Positions 10,001 through 19,457 are shown, counted from the stretch's first letter. The stretch is 64,000 nucleotides of DNA from Spirochaetota bacterium (GCA_963664815.2 CAXXHB010000003.1:576001-640000); one strand, 5' to 3'. Numbers and translations: made by a program. The notes: generated by a model not told the origin, from the sequence alone.

Positions 10001-13000
10001 TAGTAACAATATTGATGGTGTCAGAATAAGCGACTGCAGCTATAGGTGAAAAAGTTGTATAGAAAGTATAGCTTGAGCCTGCGGTTACAGTAGTTGGGCT
10101 GACGCCTGTTTGTGCAAAACGAAGACCTGTTGTGAGATTGATGCCGGTGATATGTAGATCAGCGTTCCCGGTATTTTGAATTACAACAGCCATTGCTGAG
10201 CTGGTAGTGCTAATATGTACATTGCCGAAATCGACACTTGGAGTATAAACAGCGACTGGTGTTGCGGTAGCAGTACCAGTGAGAGCGATAGTTTTAGTTC
10301 CAAGTTCAGTAGTGGCGATGTTGATGGTGTCAGAGAAAGGAGACCCGGTAGTAGTAGTTGGGCTAAAAGTTACGTTGAAGGTGTAACTTGATCCTGCAGT
10401 AATAGTTGTTGCGCCACCAGTATTAGTGAATGGAGCAGCAAGTCCGGTGATACCAGTGACAGTAAGAGTTGCGTCCCCGGTATTCTGGATAGTAACAGCT
10501 ACAGTGCTGGTAGTATTAATTTCGACATTACCGAAATCGACATTTGGAGTATAAACAGCGACTGGTGCAGTGATACCTGTACCAGAGAGTGTTATAGTTT
10601 TAGTTCCGAGTTCAGTAGTAACAATATTGATGGTGTCAGAATAAGCGACTGCAGCTATAGGTGAAAAAGTTGTATAGAAAGTATAGCTTGAGCCTGCGGT
10701 TACAGTAGTTGGGCTGACGCCTGTTTGTGCAAAACGAAGACCTGTTGTGAGATTGATGCCGGTGATATGTAGATCAGCGTTCCCGGTATTTTGAATTACA
10801 ACAGCCATTGCTGAGCTGGTAGTGCTAATATGTACATTGCCGAAATCGACATTTGGAGTATAAACAGCGACTGGTGTTGCGGTAGCAGTACCAGTGAGAG
10901 CGATAGTTTTAGTTCCAAGTTCAGTAGTGGCGATGTTGATGGTGTCAGAGAAAGGAGACCCGGTAGTAGTAGTTGGGCTAAAAGTTACGTCGAAGGTGTA
11001 ACTTGATCCTGCAGTAATAGTTGTTGCGCCACCAGTATGAGTGAATGGAGCAGCAAGTCCGGTGATAGCAGTGACAGTAAGAGCTGCGTTCCCGGTATTC
11101 TGAATAGTAACAGATACAGTACTGGTGGTGTTAATTTCGACATTACCAAAATCGACATTTGGAGTATAAACAGCGACTGGTGTTGCGGTAGCAGTACCAG
11201 TGAGAGCGATAGTTTTAGTCCCAAGTTCAGTAGTGGCGATGTTGATGGTGTCAGAGAAAGGAGACCCGGTAGTAGTAGTTGGGCTAAAAGTTACGTTGAA
11301 GGTGTAACTTGATCCTGCAGTAATAGTTGTTGCGCCACCAGTATGAGTGAATGGAGCAGCAAGTCCGGTGATAGCAGTGACAGTAAGAGTTGCGTCCCCG
11401 GTATTCTGGATAGTAACAGCTACAGTACTGGTGGTGTTAATTTCGACATTACCGAAATCGACATTTGGAGTATAAACAGCGACTGGTGCAGTGATACCTG
11501 TACCAGAGAGTGTTATAGTTTTAGTTCCGAGTTCAGTAGTAACAATATTGATGGTGTCAGAATAAGCGACTGCAGCTATAGGTGAAAAAGTTGTATAGAA
11601 AGTATAGCTTGAACCTGCGGTTACAGTAGTTGGGCTGACGCCTGTTTGTGCAAAACGAAGACCTGTTGTGAGATTGATGCCGGTGATATGTAGATCAGCG
11701 TTCCCGGTATTTTGAATTACAACAGCCATTGCTGAGCTGGTAGTGCTAATATGTACATTGCCGAAATCGACACTTGGAGTATAAACAGCGACTGGTGTTG
11801 CGGTAGCAGTACCAGTGAGAGCGATAGTTTTAGTTCCAAGTTCAGTAGTGGCGATGTTGATGGTGTCAGAGAAAGGAGACCCGGTAGTAGTAGTTGGGCT
11901 AAAAGTTACGTTGAAGGTGTAACTTGATCCTGCAGCAATAGTTGTTGCGCCACCAGTATTAGTGAATGGAGCAGCAAGTCCGGTGATAGCAGTGACAGTA
12001 AGAGCTGCGTTCCCGGTGTTCTGAATAGTAACAGATACAGTACTGGTGGTGTTAATTTCGACATTACCGAAATCGACACTTGGAGTATAAACAGCGACTG
12101 GTGTTGCGGTAGCAGTACCAGTGAGAGCGATAGTTTTAGTTCCAAGTTCAGTAGTGGCGATGTTGATGGTGTCAGAGAAAGGAGACCCGGTAGTAGTAGT
12201 TGGGCTAAAAGTTACGTTGAAGGTGTAACTTGATCCTGCAGTAATAGTTGTTGCGCCACCAGTATGAGTGAATGGAGCAGCAAGTCCGGTGATAGCAGTG
12301 ACAGTAAGAGTTGCGTCCCCGGTATTCTGGATAGTAACAGCTACAGTGCTGGTAGTATTAATTTCGACATTACCGAAATCGACATTTGGAGTATAAACAG
12401 CGACTGGTGCAGTGATACCTGTACCAGAGAGTGTTATAGTTTTAGTTCCGAGTTCAGTAGTAACAATATTGATGGTGTCAGAATAAGCGACTGCAGCTAT
12501 AGGTGAAAAAGTTGTATAGAAAGTATAGCTTGAGCCTGCGGTTACAGTAGTTGGGCTGACGCCTGTTTGTGCAAAACGAAGACCTGTTGTGAGATTGATG
12601 CCGGTGATATGTAGATCAGCGTTCCCGGTATTTTGAATTACAACAGCCATTGCTGAGCTGGTAGTGCTAATATGTACATTGCCGAAATCGACACTTGGAG
12701 TATAAACAGCGACTGGTGTTGCGGTAGCAGTACCAGTGAGAGCGATAGTTTTAGTTCCAAGTTCAGTAGTGGCGATGTTGATGGTGTCAGAGAAAGGAGA
12801 CCCGGTAGTAGTAGTTGGGCTAAAAGTTACGTTGAAGGTGTAACTTGATCCTGCAGTAATAGTTGTTGCGCCACCAGTATTAGTGAATGGAGCAGCAAGT
12901 CCGGTGATAGCAGTGACAGTAAGAGCTGCGTTCCCGGTGTTCTGAATAGTAACAGATACAGTACTGGTGGTGTTAATTTCGACATTACCAAAATCGACAT

Positions 13001-16000
13001 TTGGAGTATAAACAGCGACTGGTGTTGCGGTAGCAGTACCAGTGAGAGCGATAGTTTTAGTCCCAAGTTCAGTAGTGGCGATGTTGATGGTGTCAGAGAA
13101 AGGAGACCCGGTAGTAGTAGTTGGGCTAAAAGTTACGTTGAAGGTGTAACTTGATCCTGCAGCAATAGTTGTTGCGCCACCAGTATGAGTGAATGGAGCA
13201 GCAAGTCCGGTGATAGCAGTGACAGTAAGAGCTGCGTTCCCGGTGTTCTGAATAGTAACAGATACAGTACTGGTGGTGTTAATTTCGACATTACCAAAAT
13301 CGACATTTGGAGTATAAACAGCGACTGGTGTTGCGGTAGCAGTACCAGTGAGAGCGATAGTTTTAGTCCCAAGTTCAGTAGTGGCGATGTTGATGGTGTC
13401 AGAGAAAGGAGACCCGGTAGTAGTAGTTGGGCTAAAAGTTACGTTGAAGGTGTAACTTGATCCTGCAGTAATAGTTGTTGCGCCACCAGTATGAGTGAAT
13501 GGAGCAGCAAGTCCGGTGATAGCAGTGACAGTAAGAGTTGCGTCCCCGGTATTCTGGATAGTAACAGCTACAGTGCTGGTAGTATTAATTTCGACATTAC
13601 CGAAATCGACATTTGGAGTATAAACAGCGACTGGTGCAGTGATACCTGTACCAGAGAGTGTTATAGTTTTAGTTCCGAGTTCAGTAGTAACAATATTGAT
13701 GGTGTCAGAATAAGCGACTGCAGCTATAGGTGAAAAAGTTGTATAGAAAGTATAGCTTGAGCCTGCGGTTACAGTAGTTGGGCTGACGCCTGTTTGTGCA
13801 AAACGAAGACCTGTTGTGAGATTGATGCCGGTGATATGTAGATCAGCGTTCCCGGTATTTTGAATTACAACAGCCATTGCTGAGCTGGTAGTGCTAATAT
13901 GTACATTGCCGAAATCGACACTTGGAGTATAAACAGCGACTGGTGTTGCGGTAGCAGTACCAGTGAGAGCGATAGTTTTAGTTCCAAGTTCAGTAGTGGC
14001 GATGTTGATGGTGTCAGAGAAAGGAGACCCGGTAGTAGTAGTTGGGCTAAAAGTTACGTTGAAGGTGTAACTTGATCCTGCAGTAATAGTTGTTGCAATA
14101 CCAGTATTAGTGAATGGAGCAGCAAGTCCGGTGATACCAGTGACAGTAAGAGCTGCGTTCCCGGTGTTCTGAATAGTAACAGATACAGTACTGGTGGTGT
14201 TAATTTCGACATTACCAAAATCGACATTTGGAGTATAAACAGCGACTGGTGTTGCGGTAGCAGTACCAGTGAGAGCGATAGTTTTAGTTCCAAGTTCAGT
14301 AGTGGCGATGTTGATGGTGTCAGAGAAAGGAGACCCGGTAGTAGTAGTTGGGCTAAAAGTTACGTTGAAGGTGTAACTTGATCCTGCAGTAATAGTTGTT
14401 GCGCCACCAGTATGAGTGAATGGAGCAGCAAGTCCGGTGATAGCAGTGACAGTAAGAGTTGCGTCCCCGGTATTCTGGATAGTAACAGCTACAGTGCTGG
14501 TAGTATTAATTTCGACATTACCGAAATCGACATTTGGAGTATAAACAGCGACTGGTGCAGTGATACCTGTACCAGAGAGTGTTATAGTTTTAGTTCCGAG
14601 TTCAGTAGTAACAATATTGATGGTGTCAGAATAAGCGACTGCAGCTATAGGTGAAAAAGTTGTATAGAAAGTATAGCTTGAGCCTGCGGTTACAGTAGTT
14701 GGGCTGACGCCTGTTTGTGCAAAACGAAGACCTGTTGTGAGATTGATGCCGGTGATATGTAGATCAGCGTTCCCGGTATTTTGAATTACAACAGCCATTG
14801 CTGAGCTGGTAGTGCTAATATGTACATTGCCGAAATCGACACTTGGAGTATAAACAGCGACTGGTGTTGCGGTAGCAGTACCAGTGAGAGCGATAGTTTT
14901 AGTTCCAAGTTCAGTAGTGGCGATGTTGATGGTGTCAGAGAAAGGAGACCCGGTAGTAGTAGTTGGGCTAAAAGTTACGTTGAAGGTGTAACTTGATCCT
15001 GCAGTAATAGTTGTTGCGCCACCAGTATTAGTGAATGGAGCAGCAAGTCCGGTGATACCAGTGACAGTAAGAGCTGCGCCGCCTGTATTTTGAATAGTAA
15101 CAGCTACAGTGCTGGTGGTGTTAATTTCAACATTGCCAAAATCTATATTTGGAGTAAATACAGCAACAGGAACTGCAACACCTGTACCTGATGTAAGCGC
15201 AGTATTTGTAGTCCCGGTATCCCATGTTACTCCAATATTTGTACCGGTAAAACGTGGCCCTGCTAACGTAGGAGTAAACACTACGCTGAAAGAACTGCTG
15301 CCGCCGGCTGCAATACTGATTGGAAAAGCGGGTGTAGTAACGGTATAATCTGCAGAATATGTTCCATTCATGGCAATGCCGGTAACTGTCATTGTGGAGT
15401 TACCGGTATTATTTATATAAAAGGTATGTGTAGTGCTTGAAGAACCTAAATTAACACTGCCGAATGCAGTGTCCCCTGTCAAACTGAATGCTGGTGCAGT
15501 ACCGGTACCTTTCACGGTAAATGTATATGTACCTTCGTCCGAATCACCATTATCAATCTGAATAGTCGTAGATCGAATCCCTGAACCCCCGGGATCAAAG
15601 GTTACAGTAAAAGTTGCTGAAGAGCCGGCAGCAATTGATGCAGGCAAAGCTGAAACTGCAAACTGGACGTTGTCAAAGCTGGAAAGACCGGTGATACTTA
15701 AAGCTGCAGTACCAACATTCTGTACAGTAAATGTTTGTACTATTGTTCCTGCAAGGTAATTCTGAGTACCAAAATCGAACACACCGCTTACGCTGGTTAG
15801 ATTTGTTGAACCCTGTTTAACATTTATCTCAGGTGCAGTGCTGGCAATTCCTGAACCACCTACAGTAAAGGTGTAAGATCCTTCATCTGAATCATTGTTT
15901 GTGATTGTAATAGTAGCTGTCTTATATCCGGAAGTAGTGGGACTGAATGTAATATCAAAAGTGCCTGAAGATGATGCTGCAATTGGTGTAGTGTATGCTC

Positions 16001-16664
16001 CGACAGTGAAATCGGTTGTATTAGAATTTGAAATGCCGGAAATAGTCAGATTGGCAGTACCCAGGTTCTGAACTGTAAATGTTTTAATTATCGGTGTGGC
16101 TACTGCGGTTGAAGTATACACATAAATTCCACTGCCTGAAAGAAGATTACTCCCTGTGGCATTCTGAACATTTATCTCCGGGGAATCGGCAATTCCGACA
16201 CCGGATACAAGAAACTGGAATGAGCTTTCATTATCGGTTGAGTCGTTGTTGGCAATTGTTATATATGCAGAGTGGCTTCCCGCAGCGGCGGGATCGTATG
16301 TAATTGTAAAAGTAGCAGAACCCCCTGCCGCGATTGTTGCCGGTGTCGTTATGCCGGCAATTGTAAAATAAGAGGGATTTGCACCTGTTGCAACTATTGA
16401 ACTTATAGTCAGATTTGCGTTGCCGCTGTTTTTTATAGTGAAATTTACAACGGATGTCCCTCCGGTTACATTAAGGGAACCAAAGGAATATGGCCCCCCG
16501 CCTGTATATATCTCCGTAGCATTTAATAAAACGGATATTTCCGGCCCTGTTGTCGATGTTGTACTCCCTCCGGTTGAAGAGGAATCGGAAGATGAGGTTG
16601 TACCCCCGCAGAATATGTTTGAAAACAACAACAGGAGCATAATCATCTGTGATATTTTTTTCAT
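7023..16664 (-). CDS. giant surface lipoprotein/adhesin: choice-of-anchor-D (ASH-like Ig) repeats plus C-terminal BNR/Asp-box propeller
   Basis: 3213-aa ORF; signal ending NIFC; PEINV...F(T)IQNTG..L modules; C-terminal STDSGxTW Asp-box repeats. Confidence 0.85.
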   Translation of the reverse strand: MKKISQMIMLLLLFSNIFCGGTTSSSDSSSTGGSTTSTTGPEISVLLNATEIYTGGGPYSFGSLNVTGGTSVVNFTIKNSGNANLTISSIVATGANPSYFTIAGITTPATIAAGGSATFTITYDPAAAGSHSAYITIANNDSTDNESSFQFLVSGVGIADSPEINVQNATGSNLLSGSGIYVYTSTAVATPIIKTFTVQNLGTANLTISGISNSNTTDFTVGAYTTPIAASSSGTFDITFSPTTSGYKTATITITNNDSDEGSYTFTVGGSGIASTAPEINVKQGSTNLTSVSGVFDFGTQNYLAGTIVQTFTVQNVGTAALSITGLSSFDNVQFAVSALPASIAAGSSATFTVTFDPGGSGIRSTTIQIDNGDSDEGTYTFTVKGTGTAPAFSLTGDTAFGSVNLGSSSTTHTFYINNTGNSTMTVTGIAMNGTYSADYTVTTPAFPISIAAGGSSSFSVVFTPTLAGPRFTGTNIGVTWDTGTTNTALTSGTGVAVPVAVFTPNIDFGNVEINTTSTVAVTIQNTGGAALTVTGITGLAAPFTNTGGATTITAGSSYTFNVTFSPTTTTGSPFSDTINIATTELGTKTIALTGTATATPVAVYTPSVDFGNVHISTTSSAMAVVIQNTGNADLHITGINLTTGLRFAQTGVSPTTVTAGSSYTFYTTFSPIAAVAYSDTINIVTTELGTKTITLSGTGITAPVAVYTPNVDFGNVEINTTSTVAVTIQNTGDATLTVTAITGLAAPFTHTGGATTITAGSSYTFNVTFSPTTTTGSPFSDTINIATTELGTKTIALTGTATATPVAVYTPNVDFGNVEINTTSTVSVTIQNTGNAALTVTGITGLAAPFTNTGIATTITAGSSYTFNVTFSPTTTTGSPFSDTINIATTELGTKTIALTGTATATPVAVYTPSVDFGNVHISTTSSAMAVVIQNTGNADLHITGINLTTGLRFAQTGVSPTTVTAGSSYTFYTTFSPIAAVAYSDTINIVTTELGTKTITLSGTGITAPVAVYTPNVDFGNVEINTTSTVAVTIQNTGDATLTVTAITGLAAPFTHTGGATTITAGSSYTFNVTFSPTTTTGSPFSDTINIATTELGTKTIALTGTATATPVAVYTPNVDFGNVEINTTSTVSVTIQNTGNAALTVTAITGLAAPFTHTGGATTIAAGSSYTFNVTFSPTTTTGSPFSDTINIATTELGTKTIALTGTATATPVAVYTPNVDFGNVEINTTSTVSVTIQNTGNAALTVTAITGLAAPFTNTGGATTITAGSSYTFNVTFSPTTTTGSPFSDTINIATTELGTKTIALTGTATATPVAVYTPSVDFGNVHISTTSSAMAVVIQNTGNADLHITGINLTTGLRFAQTGVSPTTVTAGSSYTFYTTFSPIAAVAYSDTINIVTTELGTKTITLSGTGITAPVAVYTPNVDFGNVEINTTSTVAVTIQNTGDATLTVTAITGLAAPFTHTGGATTITAGSSYTFNVTFSPTTTTGSPFSDTINIATTELGTKTIALTGTATATPVAVYTPSVDFGNVEINTTSTVSVTIQNTGNAALTVTAITGLAAPFTNTGGATTIAAGSSYTFNVTFSPTTTTGSPFSDTINIATTELGTKTIALTGTATATPVAVYTPSVDFGNVHISTTSSAMAVVIQNTGNADLHITGINLTTGLRFAQTGVSPTTVTAGSSYTFYTTFSPIAAVAYSDTINIVTTELGTKTITLSGTGITAPVAVYTPNVDFGNVEINTTSTVAVTIQNTGDATLTVTAITGLAAPFTHTGGATTITAGSSYTFNVTFSPTTTTGSPFSDTINIATTELGTKTIALTGTATATPVAVYTPNVDFGNVEINTTSTVSVTIQNTGNAALTVTAITGLAAPFTHTGGATTITAGSSYTFDVTFSPTTTTGSPFSDTINIATTELGTKTIALTGTATATPVAVYTPNVDFGNVHISTTSSAMAVVIQNTGNADLHITGINLTTGLRFAQTGVSPTTVTAGSSYTFYTTFSPIAAVAYSDTINIVTTELGTKTITLSGTGITAPVAVYTPNVDFGNVEINTTSTVAVTIQNTGDATLTVTGITGLAAPFTNTGGATTITAGSSYTFNVTFSPTTTTGSPFSDTINIATTELGTKTIALTGTATATPVAVYTPSVDFGNVHISTTSSAMAVVIQNTGNADLHITGINLTTGLRFAQTGVSPTTVTAGSSYTFYTTFSPIAAVAYSDTINIVTTELGTKTITLSGTGITAPVAVYTPNVDFGNVEINTTSTVAVTIQNTGDATLTVTAITGLAAPFTHTGGATTITAGSSYTFNVTFSPTTTTGSPFSDTINIATTELGTKTIALTGTATATPVAVYTPNVDFGNVEINTTSTVSVTIQNTGNAALTVTAITGLAAPFTNTGGATTIAAGSSYTFNVTFSPTTTTGSPFSDTINIATTELGTKTIALTGTATATPVAVYTPSVDFGNVHISTTSSAMAVVIQNTGNADLHITGINLTTGLRFAQTGVSPTTVTAGSSYTFYTTFSPIAAVAYSDTINIVTTELGTKTITLSGTGITAPVAVYTPNVDFGNVHISTTSSAMAVVIQNTGDADLHITAINLTTGLRFAHTGVASTVTAGSSYTFYATFSPIAAVAYSDTINIVTTELGTKTIALSGTGITAPVAVYTPSVDFGNVNLSTTSTSMAIVIQNTGDADLHITGINLTTGLHFAHTGVASTVTAGSSYTFYATFSPIAAVAYSDTINIVTTELGTKTIALTGNGVSAPIAFISPTSINFGTVNVGSTSSAIPVTINNTGNAALTITGITGLVSPFAQTGSATSIAAGSSYTFNVTFSPTTTTGSPFSGTINIATSELGTKTIAVSGTAAKCVSIDQSGNVSDYTDIAVNGTNIYICYYSSGQLLFQKSTDSGATWLASPVVVDNATSTNVGEYCSITVNGTNIYISYYDAIGKNLMFQESTDSGATWLGSAIAVDSSANDVGQYSSITTVSSTNNIYISYYDATTKYLMFQKSTDSGSTWLGSATTVDSTADVGQYSSITSYLDQDATAGDEIYISYYDATNGNLRFAYSNDGTSFTTTNADASANDIGQYSSVSMIAGGGGGLDTIYISYYDATGGDLKFQSSTSGGTTWVGAVTVDSANNVGTYSSIAASGTTVYISYFDSTNGNLMFQKSTNSGSSWLGTPVIVTSASTVGVSSSIGINTTANIYISHIDSLLGYLKFASSTDSGTTW
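8110..15175 (-). repeat. intragenic tandem array of ~23 modules of 306 bp (type A) and 309 bp (type B)
   Basis: Near-identical DNA repeats; shadow ORF spacings of 921, 1227 and 1536 bp match AAB, AAAB and AAB+AB. Confidence 0.95.
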
Positions 16665-16737
16665 AATTTATATCCACTTTATTAGAACAAATTTACTGTC
16701 AAATGTTACTTTTTTCCACAAAAAATCTGAAATTATT

Positions 16738-18483
16738 TCAGTGAGCCATTACTACCTTTTCGAATTTATTGAGTATTGTTTTTCCGCTTGAGACGCTGTT
16801 TGCGCTTATATGTACATAATATAGCCCTATTCCAACCTTGTTTTTGTACTTGTTTGAACCGGACCACCCGTTTTCCTTTACATTCTGCCCGCCGCGTCTG
16901 AATGAGTCTTCAATAAGAGTTGCAACGGCTCTTCCTTTTATATCATAGATCCTTATTGTAACATATGCGTCCTCTGTAAGGTAATATGCCGGGTATGCGA
17001 CAGGATTATCAGCGGTCAATACATTGTTAAGTATTCGCACCGGCCATGGTTTGAAATTGATGGAATTACCTACATAGAATGTCCATTCAGCATCGTTGGG
17101 GCTTGATCCGGAATCAGAATCGACAAATGTGGATACGCCGGAGTTTTTCAGTTCCACGATAAACCGTACTGATGTTCCGCTTTTTATTATCTGGTTTATG
17201 CCTGTTGCCGTCGGTATTGTCGGGAGATATGCTGTCCATTTGTTGGGGGCAGTGCGTACTGAGGCAACTGAATCAAGGTCTGTCGGGAGACCGGTTTTGT
17301 TCGGCGCATTCAGCCCGTTTTCCATGTTTATAGCATCCAAGGCATAGGGAGAAAACCATATTATGCAGGCATCCGGCTGCTGGGTGGCCGTAACTGTATA
17401 TATGTCAACCTTTATACTTGTCTCCTGCAGTGTTCTGTTTGCAGGTACAGCCAGAGTGCTGAAATCGGAGTATGATGTTATACCGTCAGATATTGTTGCA
17501 GTAAGGGTTAATGGTTTTGTTGCTATACTCCTTGAACCTACCGGGGGGCCTGCATCAGCCTCGGTTATCTCATTGCCGAAAACATCTACAGCTGTGATGA
17601 AATAATTGTAAGTGGTAAAAAGTCCCAGATTAGGAATAGTTGTATATTTTCTCCCTGAAGCGTCAAAATGTCTAGCAGGGTCATTCGTTGGAGATATGGC
17701 CGGATTATTTGCAATACCCCTGAGAGTTGCATCGTTAGATCCGTTCCACAGTTTGTACGGGCCTGTAGTTGAAGTTGAAGATGCCCTGTAATAGACCCTG
17801 TATTCATAAAAATCCCGGTCGGTACCGGTACTGATTGGTGTCCAGTAAAAGGTTATTGAAGAGGTGGTGGAGGTAACCTCCACCACGGTTAATGCCGGGG
17901 TTCCCGATGATGGTGCGTCCAGATTGTCCCACCAGATGGAATTTGAAGTGCTGGATGTGAGGCTTGATACATAATCACCTGTGGCGGCAGTAGCAGTATA
18001 TGACCATTCCAGTGTACTTCCTGATGCAACAGTAAATAATGAGCAACCGGTAAAAGTGGAATTATATGGTACAACTGCAGTTCCGGTATGGGAACCTGAT
18101 GGAATAGTTACATTGAAAGTTCCTGTATTGGCTGGTGTTGCGACGTCTGTGAGTGTAATTGTAAATAATACATCTCCATACATAGGGGCACTACCTGAAC
18201 CGTTATTCATCTCAGCCGTCAGTTCTATTGATGTTCCCCCCTGTCCGTATCCTCTTAAATAGGCTGTTGCCAGGTAATTATCGCCGCTGCTTGTGGGCCC
18301 TTTACCTATTCCCCCTAAAAATCTTATATTTGTTACCGTAACAGCATAAGGGGGGGTCTGAGCCTCAAGCCGTAAAATGTGAAAATCTGTGATAACCGGA
18401 ATTATTGCAATCAGTGTAATAATTATTTTATTTTTTATATTTTTATGCATATTTTTTATTCTTAATCTTAAATAAATGCCCAT
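16738..18483 (-). CDS. secreted FN3/Ig-domain protein with C-terminal FlgD-Ig-like domain
   Basis: Signal peptide; FN3-like W..YRVYY..YFITAVDVFGNE; C-terminus VTIRIYDIKGRAVATL..WSG..GLYYVHI. Confidence 0.72.
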   Translation of the reverse strand: MGIYLRLRIKNMHKNIKNKIIITLIAIIPVITDFHILRLEAQTPPYAVTVTNIRFLGGIGKGPTSSGDNYLATAYLRGYGQGGTSIELTAEMNNGSGSAPMYGDVLFTITLTDVATPANTGTFNVTIPSGSHTGTAVVPYNSTFTGCSLFTVASGSTLEWSYTATAATGDYVSSLTSSTSNSIWWDNLDAPSSGTPALTVVEVTSTTSSITFYWTPISTGTDRDFYEYRVYYRASSTSTTGPYKLWNGSNDATLRGIANNPAISPTNDPARHFDASGRKYTTIPNLGLFTTYNYFITAVDVFGNEITEADAGPPVGSRSIATKPLTLTATISDGITSYSDFSTLAVPANRTLQETSIKVDIYTVTATQQPDACIIWFSPYALDAINMENGLNAPNKTGLPTDLDSVASVRTAPNKWTAYLPTIPTATGINQIIKSGTSVRFIVELKNSGVSTFVDSDSGSSPNDAEWTFYVGNSINFKPWPVRILNNVLTADNPVAYPAYYLTEDAYVTIRIYDIKGRAVATLIEDSFRRGGQNVKENGWSGSNKYKNKVGIGLYYVHISANSVSSGKTILNKFEKVVMAH

Positions 18484-18874
18484 ATATACCTTATCGTAAT
18501 AAACAATTTACTTCTTTATTATAGTTTCGTAAAGCATAATTGCTGAATAGAAAACAATTTTTATGTATGAATTATTTCAGGGGATATTCTTTAAAATTTT
18601 ATAGAAAAATGCATTAATTGAGTAATGCTGCTGGAAACGGAATGGCACAATATTATATTTAAAACTGAAAAATATTATACTTTTTACCGGATGAACAGGG
18701 TAGTATATCCCTACTTATCCGATTGGCTATTTATTGAGGAGTCTTTATCCTACAGACGGTGTATTTTCTTTTTTCTTACAAAAAACACGCACATCTTCAG
18801 GAATCATGGGTATTAAATATTTCAATCTTTGTTATTGAGTTGACATATCAACCGGTCCGACGTACCAATCAATT

Positions 18875-19057
18875 ATGATTGATAAAATTGTGAAAAAATG
18901 CAGACTGGATGATAATGATCTGATAAAATCCGATCTTGAATACTGGCTGTCACGCTCTCCCGGAGAGAGAATATCAGCTGTTGAAATTCTGCGGAGACAA
19001 TACCATGGAAATACAGCAAGACTTCAAAGAACTGTTAGAGTTATTCAACAGGTATAA
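18875..19057 (+). CDS. small protein (DLEYWLSRSPGERI type), partner of downstream nucleotidyltransferase
   Basis: 60 aa; YW..RSP.ER..AVE.LR pattern; overlaps the next gene. Confidence 0.65.
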   Translation: MIDKIVKKCRLDDNDLIKSDLEYWLSRSPGERISAVEILRRQYHGNTARLQRTVRVIQQV

Positions 19058-19457
19058 TGTAGAGTATATAATTGTCGGATCCTATGCCCTTGCTCATTAC
19101 GGGGCACCCCGGTATACAGGTGATATCGACCTGTATATCAGACCCTCGCATGAAAACGCCGGGAAAATTTTATCTGCCTTGAGTGATTTCGGGTTCGGAT
19201 CTCTGAATCTGTCAGTCGGGGATTTTTCTGTTCCCCAAATGGTAGTACAGCTTGGTTCTCCGCCGGTACGTATCGATATCATCACATCTATCACAGGCGT
19301 GGAATGGGAGGATGCATTTAAAAATAAAATTTCAGAATATTATGGAGATGTACCGGTTTTTTTTCTCGGGAAGGAAGAATATATAGCTAACAAGAGGGCC
19401 ATCGGCAGGAAAAAAGACATTGCCGACCTGGAAGCAATCGGGGCAGATACAGAATAA
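19005..19457 (+). CDS. minimal nucleotidyltransferase (DUF6036-like)
   Basis: IVGSYALAHYGAPRYTGDIDL and NKRAIGRKKDIADL motifs; GGAG RBS before ATG 19005. Confidence 0.8.
   Translation: MEIQQDFKELLELFNRYNVEYIIVGSYALAHYGAPRYTGDIDLYIRPSHENAGKILSALSDFGFGSLNLSVGDFSVPQMVVQLGSPPVRIDIITSITGVEWEDAFKNKISEYYGDVPVFFLGKEEYIANKRAIGRKKDIADLEAIGADTE

Noticed and set aside
9449-14654. Repeated short ORFs (MELKLSLS.., MGLKLSLS.., MSEWSSKS..) that look like a multi-copy small-gene family
   Set aside because: They are alternative-frame and antisense shadows of the 306/309-bp repeats inside the giant CDS
8110-15175. Possible CRISPR array or DGR template/variable repeats
   Set aside because: Units are ~300 bp in-frame coding modules without unique spacers; no cas or reverse transcriptase gene; differences are not adenine-specific
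18643-18656. TGGCAC-like sigma-54 promoter (similar TGGCAT near 29900)
   Set aside because: The -12 element reads TTAT rather than TTGC, so the invariant GC is missing
18625-18816. 63-aa ORF upstream of the nucleotidyltransferase pair
   Set aside because: No RBS or motif, composition typical of AT-rich non-coding DNA
18936-19004. Longer N-terminus for the nucleotidyltransferase given by the ORF track
   Set aside because: TTG start lies deep within the upstream gene; ATG 19005 has an RBS and matches the expected domain start
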